From: an uncultured Cytophagales bacterium
GTDB lineage: Bacteria; Bacteroidota; Bacteroidia; Cytophagales; UBA9547
Direction of reading: 5' to 3'
NCBI GenBank assembly: GCA_945957555.1
Contig: CAMFLX010000001.1
Span: 28,759-92,758, forward strand
DNA length: 64,000 nt
Each line of letters starts with the position of its first letter. The first letter of the stretch is position 1. The notes under the pieces were generated by a model that had not been told where the DNA came from, searched no databases, and saw only the letters and a list, made by a program, of their open reading frames with translations. The translations under genes and the position numbers were made by a program. Shown here one piece after another: positions 48,470-56,886 of the stretch.

Positions 48470-48613
48470 TTTTTCTACTTTCCTAGATTTTTATTGTAAA
48501 CCATAATGAAAAAGTAAATCTTTTAAAATTATTTTTCTGACCATTACGTTATATATTTAATAATCCATTTAAAAAAGTTTCATTATTATTATTTTTACAC
48601 ATAAATAGCCCAA

Positions 48614-51600
48614 ATGCACAAAGACGAAGATATATTAATTGATAAAATAAAGGATTTTAGAAGAAAATTCTTTCTAAAATCGGTTTACAAAGGTATTGTT
48701 CTGTTTGTTATTCTTCTTGTTTCAGCTTTTATTGCTATCAATGTACTAGAATATTACGGCAATTTCAATAGTATCATAAGAAGTGTCTTATTTTTTTCCT
48801 TTTTGAGTATAGCACTTTGGGGCGGTATAAAGTATATTGCAATACCCAGCTATAAATTTATCAACAAAGAGAAAGAACTTGACAATCTAAAAACAGCAGA
48901 GCTCATCGGACAAGGGTTTCCTTCTGTAAAGGATAAACTGGTAAACTATCTACAGCTACTCCAAAATTCAGAAAACAATACTCTGGCTCAAGAAGCATTA
49001 AAACAAAAAAAGGGGGAACTTAAATCCGTTCCCTTTTTGCAAATCATAAGATTTGAAGAAATTAATAAGTATCTAAAATACAGTGTAATACCGATTATTA
49101 TACTCTTGGGAATATTCATGATAAGCCCTGCCATATTTAGTGAAGGTTCTAATAGGATCATCAACTATAATAAAACTTTTGTTCTTGATGCACCATTTAA
49201 GTTTACAATCAAAAACAAAAACTTAAAAACTTTTCAGAATGAAGATTTTATATTAAACGTTGGACTTTCAGGACAAGCCCTACCAGAAAATATTTATGTA
49301 GAATACAACGGGCGAAAGATCAAGCTTGAGAATGTAAATGGCAATTTCTCTCATATTTTCAAAAACATCCAAAATGACATCATTTTCAATTTAGAAGCAT
49401 CAGGATACTCTAGCAATAACTACAAGTTAGAAGTTATTCAAAAACCAACGCTCAATGGCTTTAACATAACACTCGATTATCCGTCATACATCGGTAAAAA
49501 ATCTGAAACGCTCGAAAACAGTGGAAACATGACAGTACCAGAAGGTACCCTGATAACTTGGGATATAAATGCAAGACAAACAGATACCGTAATTTTTACT
49601 TTTGGTGATCGTGAAATAAAAAAAATAGACAAGTCTCTGATTAACAGTCATTTCAAAACAAGTAAAAAAATTCTTAACAATATTCCCTATAATGTTACCC
49701 TATTAAAATCTGGTGTTGATAAAAGAAGTGAAACCAATTTTAATATTGAAGTTATAAAAGATCAATACCCTAGTATTCTATCAGAGTCCGTCTCAGATAC
49801 CGTACTATATAAAGAAATAAATATAGGGGGAAGTATTAAAGATGATTATGGTTTTAGTAGATTAACGCTGATCTACAGCATACAAGATGAGAGTGGTAAG
49901 CACATTAGTCAAAAATTAATACCAATACCAATAAACCCAAAAAATTATTCACAGAACTTCTATTATAGCTGGAACATAGACACACTTAAAATCAAGCCAG
50001 GAGAACGTATTACTTACTATTTACAAGTATGGGACAACGATGGAGTAAATGGCGCAAAATCTGCAAAAACCAATGTATATGAGCTCAAATTACCAAATCA
50101 GAAAACGATAGAAGAACAAATTCAAAATTCTGCTGAAAAGACGGAAGGCCAATTAGACAATTCTATGTCTAAAGCCATGGAATTACAAAAAGATTTTGAA
50201 AAGCTACAGAACAAAATAAAGGGCAAGAAAAACCTAGACTGGCAAGACAAAAAAGCAATTGAAGACTACATCAAAAAACATGATGCTCTCAAACAGGATA
50301 TTGAAAAACTAAGTGAGCTCAACAAAAACCTCAACGAAAAACAGGAGAAATTCACCGAGGAAGATCTAAGAATCGCAGAAAAAGCAGAAAAACTACAAGA
50401 CCTCATACAAAACATAATGGATGAAGAAACAAAAAAACTATGGGAGGATCTTCAAAAACTTATGGAAGAGAAAAACAAGGATTCTGAGATTCAAGATCTA
50501 TTAAACAAAATCGACCAAAAAGATGAATCTATGGAAAAAGAATTGGATAGGGCCATGGAATTCTATAAACAACTACAATTTGATAGAAAACTAGAAGAAA
50601 ACATTGAAAAGCTTCAGGAACTAGCTGATAAACAAAAAGAACTTTCTGATAAATCCAACGAAAAAAATACAGATACTAAAGAGCTAGAAAAACAACAGGA
50701 GGAACTCAACAAGAGTTTTGAAGAAATAAAGAAAGAGATGAAAGAGATGAAAGACATCAACAGTTCTCTTGAAAACAAACACGACCTCAAGGATCTTGAT
50801 CAAATGGAGAAAGATGCTGAGCAAAAAATGCAGGAAGCCAAGGAAGAGCTCAATCAAGGAGACAAAAAGGATGCAAACAAAAAGCAGAAGGAAGCCTCTA
50901 ACAAAATGCAAGACATGGCAAACCAAATGCAAAAAATGAAGCAAAGCGAAGAGCAAAAGCAAAATGAGGAAAACATGGATGACTTGAGGCAAATCCTTGA
51001 AAACCTCATCAAACTCTCTTTTGACCAAGAAGAATTAATGAAAAACCTAAAAAAGGTCAACAAATCTGATCCAAAATACCTACAATACAGCCAAGAACAA
51101 CTAAAACTACGTGATGATGCCAAGGTAATAGAGGATAGCCTCTTCGCTCTTTCCAAAAGAGTACAAGAAATAGAAAGCTTTATCAACAAAGAAGTAGGAA
51201 ACATGAAAAACGACATGGATGAAAGCTCGAAATTGATCAAAAAGCGAGAACCCATGTTTGCAAGTGCCAAACAACAAGCAGCTATGACCTCTATGAACAA
51301 CCTAGCGCTCATGCTAGACGACGTTCTCAGAAGTATGCAAGAGAAAGACCAACAACAGAACCAAGACTCCAAGAGTGGCTCGGGAAGTTGCAAGAAACCG
51401 GGATCTGGCAAAGGACAAGGCAAAAAGAAAGGGAATAAACCTTCACCAGGCCAAATGCAAGAGCAACTAAACCAACAAATGCAACAACTCATCAATGGAG
51501 GCAAAAGTGGCTCAAAAATGTCTGAACAATTGGCCAAAATGGCAGCCCAACAAGAACGGATTAGAAAAGCTCTCCGAGAGATGGAAAACATGAGAAAAAT

Positions 51601-52012
51601 GGGGGAGAAGGGAAAAGGAAATTCCGAGAAACCCGGCGAGAATGGCAAAGAAGGAAATCAAGGTAAAAACGGACAATCAGGGAGTGGGGGAGATGCCGAT
51701 AAAATGCTAAAGGAAATGGAAAAGATCGAGGAAGAAATTGTAAACAAAAGGATCAATCCAGAACTTATCAAAAGACAAAAGGAGCTAACCACAAGGCTCC
51801 TTGAATTTGAAAAATCATTACGTGAACGAGAAATGGAAGAAAGAAGAGAATCGAAAACAGGAAAAGACATGGAAAGAACGATTCCTCCTTCACTCTTGAA
51901 ATATTTTTCAGAAAAAAACAAGGTTACAGAGATGATTAGGACGGTTCCTCCAAATCTTAACCCATATTACAAGAAAAAAGTAAATGATTTCATACAAAAT
52001 CTAAACCCTTGA
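48614..52012 (+). CDS. giant membrane-anchored protein with a long K/E/Q-rich coiled-coil region (DUF4175-like)
   Basis: 1132 aa with two N-terminal TM segments and a beta-rich middle. It then has about 550 aa of charged low-complexity coiled coil including G/K/S-rich patches. Confidence 0.6.
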   Translation: MHKDEDILIDKIKDFRRKFFLKSVYKGIVLFVILLVSAFIAINVLEYYGNFNSIIRSVLFFSFLSIALWGGIKYIAIPSYKFINKEKELDNLKTAELIGQGFPSVKDKLVNYLQLLQNSENNTLAQEALKQKKGELKSVPFLQIIRFEEINKYLKYSVIPIIILLGIFMISPAIFSEGSNRIINYNKTFVLDAPFKFTIKNKNLKTFQNEDFILNVGLSGQALPENIYVEYNGRKIKLENVNGNFSHIFKNIQNDIIFNLEASGYSSNNYKLEVIQKPTLNGFNITLDYPSYIGKKSETLENSGNMTVPEGTLITWDINARQTDTVIFTFGDREIKKIDKSLINSHFKTSKKILNNIPYNVTLLKSGVDKRSETNFNIEVIKDQYPSILSESVSDTVLYKEINIGGSIKDDYGFSRLTLIYSIQDESGKHISQKLIPIPINPKNYSQNFYYSWNIDTLKIKPGERITYYLQVWDNDGVNGAKSAKTNVYELKLPNQKTIEEQIQNSAEKTEGQLDNSMSKAMELQKDFEKLQNKIKGKKNLDWQDKKAIEDYIKKHDALKQDIEKLSELNKNLNEKQEKFTEEDLRIAEKAEKLQDLIQNIMDEETKKLWEDLQKLMEEKNKDSEIQDLLNKIDQKDESMEKELDRAMEFYKQLQFDRKLEENIEKLQELADKQKELSDKSNEKNTDTKELEKQQEELNKSFEEIKKEMKEMKDINSSLENKHDLKDLDQMEKDAEQKMQEAKEELNQGDKKDANKKQKEASNKMQDMANQMQKMKQSEEQKQNEENMDDLRQILENLIKLSFDQEELMKNLKKVNKSDPKYLQYSQEQLKLRDDAKVIEDSLFALSKRVQEIESFINKEVGNMKNDMDESSKLIKKREPMFASAKQQAAMTSMNNLALMLDDVLRSMQEKDQQQNQDSKSGSGSCKKPGSGKGQGKKKGNKPSPGQMQEQLNQQMQQLINGGKSGSKMSEQLAKMAAQQERIRKALREMENMRKMGEKGKGNSEKPGENGKEGNQGKNGQSGSGGDADKMLKEMEKIEEEIVNKRINPELIKRQKELTTRLLEFEKSLREREMEERRESKTGKDMERTIPPSLLKYFSEKNKVTEMIRTVPPNLNPYYKKKVNDFIQNLNP

Positions 52013-52074
52013 TAATTATTTACGTATAGTATAATTTTGTATAGAATTTAGAATAACGCGTGTTCCGATTATAT

Positions 52075-52473
52075 ATGGATAGTATAAGATTACAGATACC
52101 CTCATTACCAGAAAATGTTAGGATAGTGGAGAGTTTCATTGATAACGCCAAAGAAAAATTTCACATTGATGACGATGTGTATGGTAATATAATGGTTGCC
52201 GTAACCGAATCAGTAAACAATGCTATTATTCATGGCAATAAATGTGATAAGAGTAAAAATGTAAATATCAGCTTAGAAATGGGCGATCATGCATTAAAAT
52301 TTGTCATAGAAGACGAGGGCAAAGGCTTTGACTACCAAAACTTACCTGATCCTACAGCTCCAGAAAATCTGCTAAACACTGGTGGTAGGGGCATTTTCTT
52401 AATGCAGAACCTATGCGATAAAGTAGAGTTCTTCAACGAGGGCAAAAAAGTAGAACTAAGTTTTGCTGTATAA
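52075..52473 (+). CDS. RsbW-like anti-sigma regulatory factor / GHKL ATPase (HATPase_c_2)
   Basis: ATG at 52075 (MDSIRLQIPS...). It has VTESVNNAIIHGN (N-box), DEGKGFD and GGRGIFLM. Confidence 0.7.
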   Translation: MDSIRLQIPSLPENVRIVESFIDNAKEKFHIDDDVYGNIMVAVTESVNNAIIHGNKCDKSKNVNISLEMGDHALKFVIEDEGKGFDYQNLPDPTAPENLLNTGGRGIFLMQNLCDKVEFFNEGKKVELSFAV

Positions 52474-52901
52474 TGGCTAAGATCAACTTTATCGCTGAAG
52501 ACGTAGATATACGGTTTTTCAAAAATAAAGAGAAGATCAGAAATTGGATTAAAGAAGTACTAGCATCCCATAAGGCAAAGCCTATTGAGATCAACTACAT
52601 CTTTTGCTCGGATGAATATATTCTCAAAATAAACAAAGAATATTTAGACCACGATTACTATACAGACATTATCACTTTTGACAACTCCGAAAAAGCTGGA
52701 GAAATCGAAAGTGATATTTTTGTTTCTATAGATCGAATAAAAGATAATGCCCTAGCTCATCAAGAAACTTTTGATAGAGAATTTCATAGAGTACTCATAC
52801 ATGGCATACTCCATCTTGTTGGATATAAGGACAAAACAGATGATGATGAAGCCAAGATGAGAGAGAAAGAAAACAAATGTTTAGCTATTATTGATCTATA
52901 A
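52473..52901 (+). CDS. ybeY: rRNA maturation endoribonuclease YbeY
   Basis: HRVLIHGILHLVGYKD zinc-binding H-x-x-x-H-x-x-x-x-x-H motif; 142 aa; TAATG overlap with the upstream gene. Confidence 0.92.
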   Translation: MAKINFIAEDVDIRFFKNKEKIRNWIKEVLASHKAKPIEINYIFCSDEYILKINKEYLDHDYYTDIITFDNSEKAGEIESDIFVSIDRIKDNALAHQETFDREFHRVLIHGILHLVGYKDKTDDDEAKMREKENKCLAIIDL

Positions 52902-52940
52902 TATAAGAGGTGTTCCACGAGGAACACCTCTTATATTATA
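52897..52940. terminator. 44-nt perfect hairpin (20-bp stem, ACGA loop) overlapping the ybeY stop codon
   Basis: TATAATATAAGAGGTGTTCC (52897-52916) pairs with GGAACACCTCTTATATTATA (52921-52940), read directly. The core is TGTTCC-ACGA-GGAACA. Confidence 0.75.
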
Positions 52941-52947
52941 ACACTTA

Positions 52948-53112
52948 TCAAACGAAACACCTTACCGAAAATAATATACCTAAATGATATATGCCTGAAA
53001 AAGAGTAGCTAATCATATTGACCAGCCAAAAAATAGCTTTCAAATAACAACGTATATGGTATTGTACGTATATAAATCGCTCAATCATAAAAGCGGAAAC
53101 AGAAATTAGCAT
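52948..53112 (-). CDS. possible 54-aa hydrophobic small protein (below the ORF-track cutoff)
   Basis: My translation is MLISVSAFMIERFIYVQYHIRCYLKAIFWLVNMISYSFSGIYHLGILFSVRCFV. The stop lies 7 nt from the bidirectional hairpin. There is no homology evidence, and the minus strand is T-rich, which can create such ORFs by chance. Confidence 0.2.
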   Translation of the reverse strand: MLISVSAFMIERFIYVQYHIRCYLKAIFWLVNMISYSFSGIYHLGILFSVRCFV

Positions 53113-54253
53113 AAAACAATTAGATTCTGTAAGATAGGTTCCATTATTATCCCAAGAATTGACTGTGGTAGTGGATCAATGTACCATTCTTGATTTATAA
53201 TAGCGAATTGGTCATTGGTATATCCTCAATCAAGAAACAACCCTGAAAAGGTTGAATATGAATAAGCTGTCCCGAACTTCTGAGAGGCTCATGAGCATTG
53301 AGGGGTTGGAAGTCGAAGGTCATTCAACGACACAGAAACGGATTGAATTATACGTGATAATATACATAAAGCTGGGTTTCTACGGCACCTATAATTGGAT
53401 AACTGCCAGGTTTTTGCCTTCACGCTTCCTCGAGCTTCGTACGCGGCTATTCATACTCAATTTCTCCAGCGTTGTTCTTGGTCTGCCTCAAATAATCGTA
53501 TAATCATTGATTATGGAACGCATGATTACCCTGTATCAAAAATAAGTCCCAAAAGTCTTGGAATTAAAGGAAACATAACGATATCGGCTGACGATCTATA
53601 AGGGTGTATACAAAAAGCTTTTTGGTGTCTTACTTTTATTCTAAAACTTATCTAAGCAATTCTTAAAATAAATATAGTTTAATATAGTCGATTCCTATCT
53701 AATTAGAGTTTCTGGTTATTAACCAAAAGGTTTTTCTAACTAAAATATTTGTGATTCTTAGAAATAATATCAAAAAATAATGTGATATCTTTCCAAGAAA
53801 AGAATTCTATAGAACTTCAAAGGAAATAATCCCAACGACTTATATGATCCATACATGTAAATATGAATGTATCCACCATATAAATTCACTTACATCTTAC
53901 TAGAAACAACTGATAAACAAACTAAAGAATTAGTTTTTAGATTTGAAAGAGTTCTATATTAAATAGTTTTAGAAATCGAAAATCAGAAATAATGGATCAT
54001 TGAATTAATTCGATTTCACTTTGATTATGAAATCATATTCCATAAACTGACAAAAGATATGATAATTCGTTAACAAGCAATACAACCTAGTAACTGACGA
54101 AATGGACATCTCTTGCCTTACGATAAAATCAAAACGAGGATACTTTAGTCATTTAGAAAACTCTAATGTTTTCAACCATAGAAAATACCAAATCAAGGCA
54201 GATCTCAATACTATCCGAACCAACTAATACAAAAGAAACTAAAAGCATTCAAT

Positions 54254-54273
54254 ATGTTCCCCGTGGAACACTT
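54254..54273. repeat. copy 1 of the 20-bp repeat ATGTTCCCCGTGGAACACTT (TGTTCC-CCGT-GGAACA hairpin)
   Basis: Read directly. It is identical to 54912-54931 and related to the core of the ybeY hairpin. Confidence 0.85.
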
Positions 54274-54911
54274 TAAAGTTTAAATACAAATTATACAAAA
54301 ACCAAAAGGTAAAATTCAATTATTAAAACAGGTATATGAATCAAGAAGGCAGATAAAACAAACTAAGTAGGCAATAAAAATAAACTACATTGTACCTACG
54401 TTATAAAAGGATCCCGAAGAACTAGACACAAACTTCTGACTTCATACAAAAAATACTATGTAAACAAAAATTAAGCTTGCTTCATTATATTTATCGCTCA
54501 GAAAATGATAAAACTTCAATTCTAGTAAAGCCCTTCATATATACATAAAGAAAGAAGAAGAAAGGCTTATGTAGATGCAGTAATCTGTCTGACATCAAAC
54601 AATATTTACCATTTCTTAACAGTTGGAAAAAGACCAAAAAGTAATTCATCTAAACTACTCTACTCAAAAGTACAATGGGTAAATCCTACAAAAACCCATT
54701 AAACCATAACTTTAACTAAAAACACATTCTTAAAATACTAACAAGAAAATCCATGTCAATGATCATATAAAAAACAATAAGAAGCACATATCAATTTTAT
54801 TTTACACTGGTTATATCTGCCAATCGTTTGCTTCTCACTAACTTTGCAGATTAAACAATTTTGAGTAAAATTCTCAATTCAGTTAATTATAAAGAATAAA
54901 AGTTTAACAAA

Positions 54912-54931
54912 ATGTTCCCCGTGGAACACTT
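54912..54931. repeat. copy 2 of the 20-bp repeat ATGTTCCCCGTGGAACACTT, 15 nt upstream of the mnmG ATG
   Basis: Read directly. It also opens a 9-codon ORF, MFPVEHLYT-stop (54912-54941), ending 4 nt before the mnmG start. Confidence 0.85.
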
Positions 54932-54945
54932 ATATACATAAACAA

Positions 54946-56811
54946 ATGTTTAAAGAGTACGACGTAATAGTAGTAGGGGCAGGACATGCTGGAAATGAAG
55001 CAGCAGCAGCAGCAGCAAACATGGGTTGTTCTGTTCTTCTTATCACAATGGACATGACAAAGATTGGTCAAATGTCCTGTAATCCGGCAATGGGTGGTGT
55101 CGCAAAAGGGCAAATAGTTAGAGAGATCGATGCTCTTGGTGGTTTATCAGGAATAGTTACCGACAATACAACTATACAGTTTAGAATGCTAAATAGATCA
55201 AAAGGCCCTGCCATGTGGAGCCCAAGGGCACAATGTGATAGATGGAAATTTGGAGAAGAATGGAGAATCCAATTAGAAGCCATTCCAAACCTAGATTTTT
55301 GGCAAGAAATGGTAAGTGGTCTTATCGTAAAAGACGGACATATAAAAGGTGTAAAAACAGCATTAGGCATAGAAATATTAGCAAAGTCTGTAGTACTTAC
55401 CAATGGTACTTTCTTAAATGGTCTTATACATATTGGTGAAAAAAACTTTAGTGGAGGTAGAACTGGCGAGAAGGCTGCTACGGGAATCACAGAACAATTA
55501 CTTCAATTGGGTTTTGAAAGTGGAAGAATGAAAACAGGCACACCAGCTAGAATAGATGGAAGAAGTATAAATTATGCATTAACAGAAGAACAAAAGGGAG
55601 ATGAAAATCCTGAGAAGTTTTCCTATTCGGATGCTACCAAAGCACCAGAAAAACAGATGAGCTGTTGGATCACTTATACTAATGATGAAGTTCATGAAAT
55701 ATTAAAAACAGGATTCGAAAAATCCCCTATGTTTCAAGGAAGGATAAAAGGACTAGGACCAAGATATTGCCCTTCCATAGAAGATAAAATAAATAGATTC
55801 TCTGAAAGGGAAAGACATCAGCTGTTTATAGAACCTGATGGATGGAATACTTGTGAAATTTATCTAAATGGCTTTTCTTCTTCACTTCCAGAAGAAGTAC
55901 AATTAAAAGCGCTTAGAAAGATAAAAGGTTTGGAGAATGTAAAGATATTCAGACCCGGTTACGCTATAGAATACGACTATTTCCCACCAACACAATTAAC
56001 GCTTACCCTTGAAACAAAACTGGTTAAAAACCTCTTTTTTGCCGGACAGATTAATGGTACGACTGGTTACGAAGAAGCTGCTGCCCAAGGACTGATGGCT
56101 GGAATAAATGCTGCCCTAAATGTAAAAGGGGAGGAGTCTCTCATACTTAAGCGCGACGAAGCATACATAGGTGTATTAATAGATGACCTAATAAACAAAG
56201 GGACTGAAGAACCTTATAGGATGTTCACTTCTAGGGCAGAGTACAGAATCTTACTAAGACAAGATAATGCAGATATTAGACTTACAGAAAAAGGCTACAA
56301 AGTTGGACTGGCTACAGAAAAGGCTCTTGATAAAGTAAAGGAGAAACTTAATGAAACAAAAAGAATAACAACTTGGTTAAACACTACCAAAATAGATCTC
56401 TCTACCATCAACCCTTGGCTTGTACAAAAAGAAAGTGCAGAATTACGAGAGAAAACATCTTTGATGAATTTACTAAAAAGACCAAATATAAGTATAACTG
56501 ATTTTTATGAAATCAACCAAGATGTAAAAGAATACCTCGATACACAAAAAAGAGAGCATTTAGAACAAGCAGAAATCATAGCTAAATATGATAACTATAT
56601 TGAAAAAGAAAGATTAATGGCTGATAAACTGAGATCTCTAGAAGATCTAAAATTGCCTAGCACGATAGATTACAATAACTTCACAGCACTGTCTAATGAA
56701 GCCAAAGACAAACTTAAAAAAATAAGACCTTTAACTTTGGGCCAGGCTTCAAGAATATCTGGTATATCGCCTTCAGATATATCAATAATCATGATTCAAA
56801 TCACAAAATAA
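54946..56811 (+). CDS. mnmG: tRNA uridine 5-carboxymethylaminomethyl modification enzyme MnmG (GidA)
   Basis: YDVIVVGAGHAGNEAA, GQMSCNPAMGG, RYCPSIEDK, FFAGQINGTTGYEEAAAQG and a C-terminal PLTLGQASRISGISPSDIS. Confidence 0.95.
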   Translation: MFKEYDVIVVGAGHAGNEAAAAAANMGCSVLLITMDMTKIGQMSCNPAMGGVAKGQIVREIDALGGLSGIVTDNTTIQFRMLNRSKGPAMWSPRAQCDRWKFGEEWRIQLEAIPNLDFWQEMVSGLIVKDGHIKGVKTALGIEILAKSVVLTNGTFLNGLIHIGEKNFSGGRTGEKAATGITEQLLQLGFESGRMKTGTPARIDGRSINYALTEEQKGDENPEKFSYSDATKAPEKQMSCWITYTNDEVHEILKTGFEKSPMFQGRIKGLGPRYCPSIEDKINRFSERERHQLFIEPDGWNTCEIYLNGFSSSLPEEVQLKALRKIKGLENVKIFRPGYAIEYDYFPPTQLTLTLETKLVKNLFFAGQINGTTGYEEAAAQGLMAGINAALNVKGEESLILKRDEAYIGVLIDDLINKGTEEPYRMFTSRAEYRILLRQDNADIRLTEKGYKVGLATEKALDKVKEKLNETKRITTWLNTTKIDLSTINPWLVQKESAELREKTSLMNLLKRPNISITDFYEINQDVKEYLDTQKREHLEQAEIIAKYDNYIEKERLMADKLRSLEDLKLPSTIDYNNFTALSNEAKDKLKKIRPLTLGQASRISGISPSDISIIMIQITK

Positions 56812-56886
56812 AAGTTGGTTCTTGATTAATAAAGTTTAATTTTTAAAATTAAGAGGATCTTAATAATTCTCTCTCTTGTATATACA

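Noticed and set aside
50684-51921. Long minus-strand ORFs (114, 264 and 87 aa) inside the 1132-aa gene
   Set aside because: They are antisense shadows of a purine-rich, low-complexity K/E/Q coding region. Their translations are Ser/Phe/Leu/Cys-rich nonsense.
53231-53601. The GC-richer core as tmRNA, RNase P RNA or SRP RNA
   Set aside because: I could not find a GGTTCGA-type T-loop with a CCA-proximal acceptor, an ALAA-type tag frame, the GAGGAAAGTCC RNase P block or the SRP GGAA-tetraloop helix on either strand.
53252-53601. Track ORFs 53252..53503 and 53395..53601 as genes
   Set aside because: They overlap each other in different frames, and 53252 starts at TTG. Their sequences resemble nothing I recognise and have no domain-like pattern.
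54102-54227. 41-codon plus-strand ORF (MDISCLTIKSKRGYFSHLENSNVFNHRKYQIKADLNTIRTN) in the A-rich tract
   Set aside because: There are no supporting signals (promoter, conservation or motif). Its length is compatible with chance, so I mention it only for completeness.
52902-54945. The 2-kb island itself as oriC
   Set aside because: Scanning both strands, I found no 9-mer within one mismatch of TTATCCACA. The best matches have two mismatches. The real box cluster is at 58391-58672.
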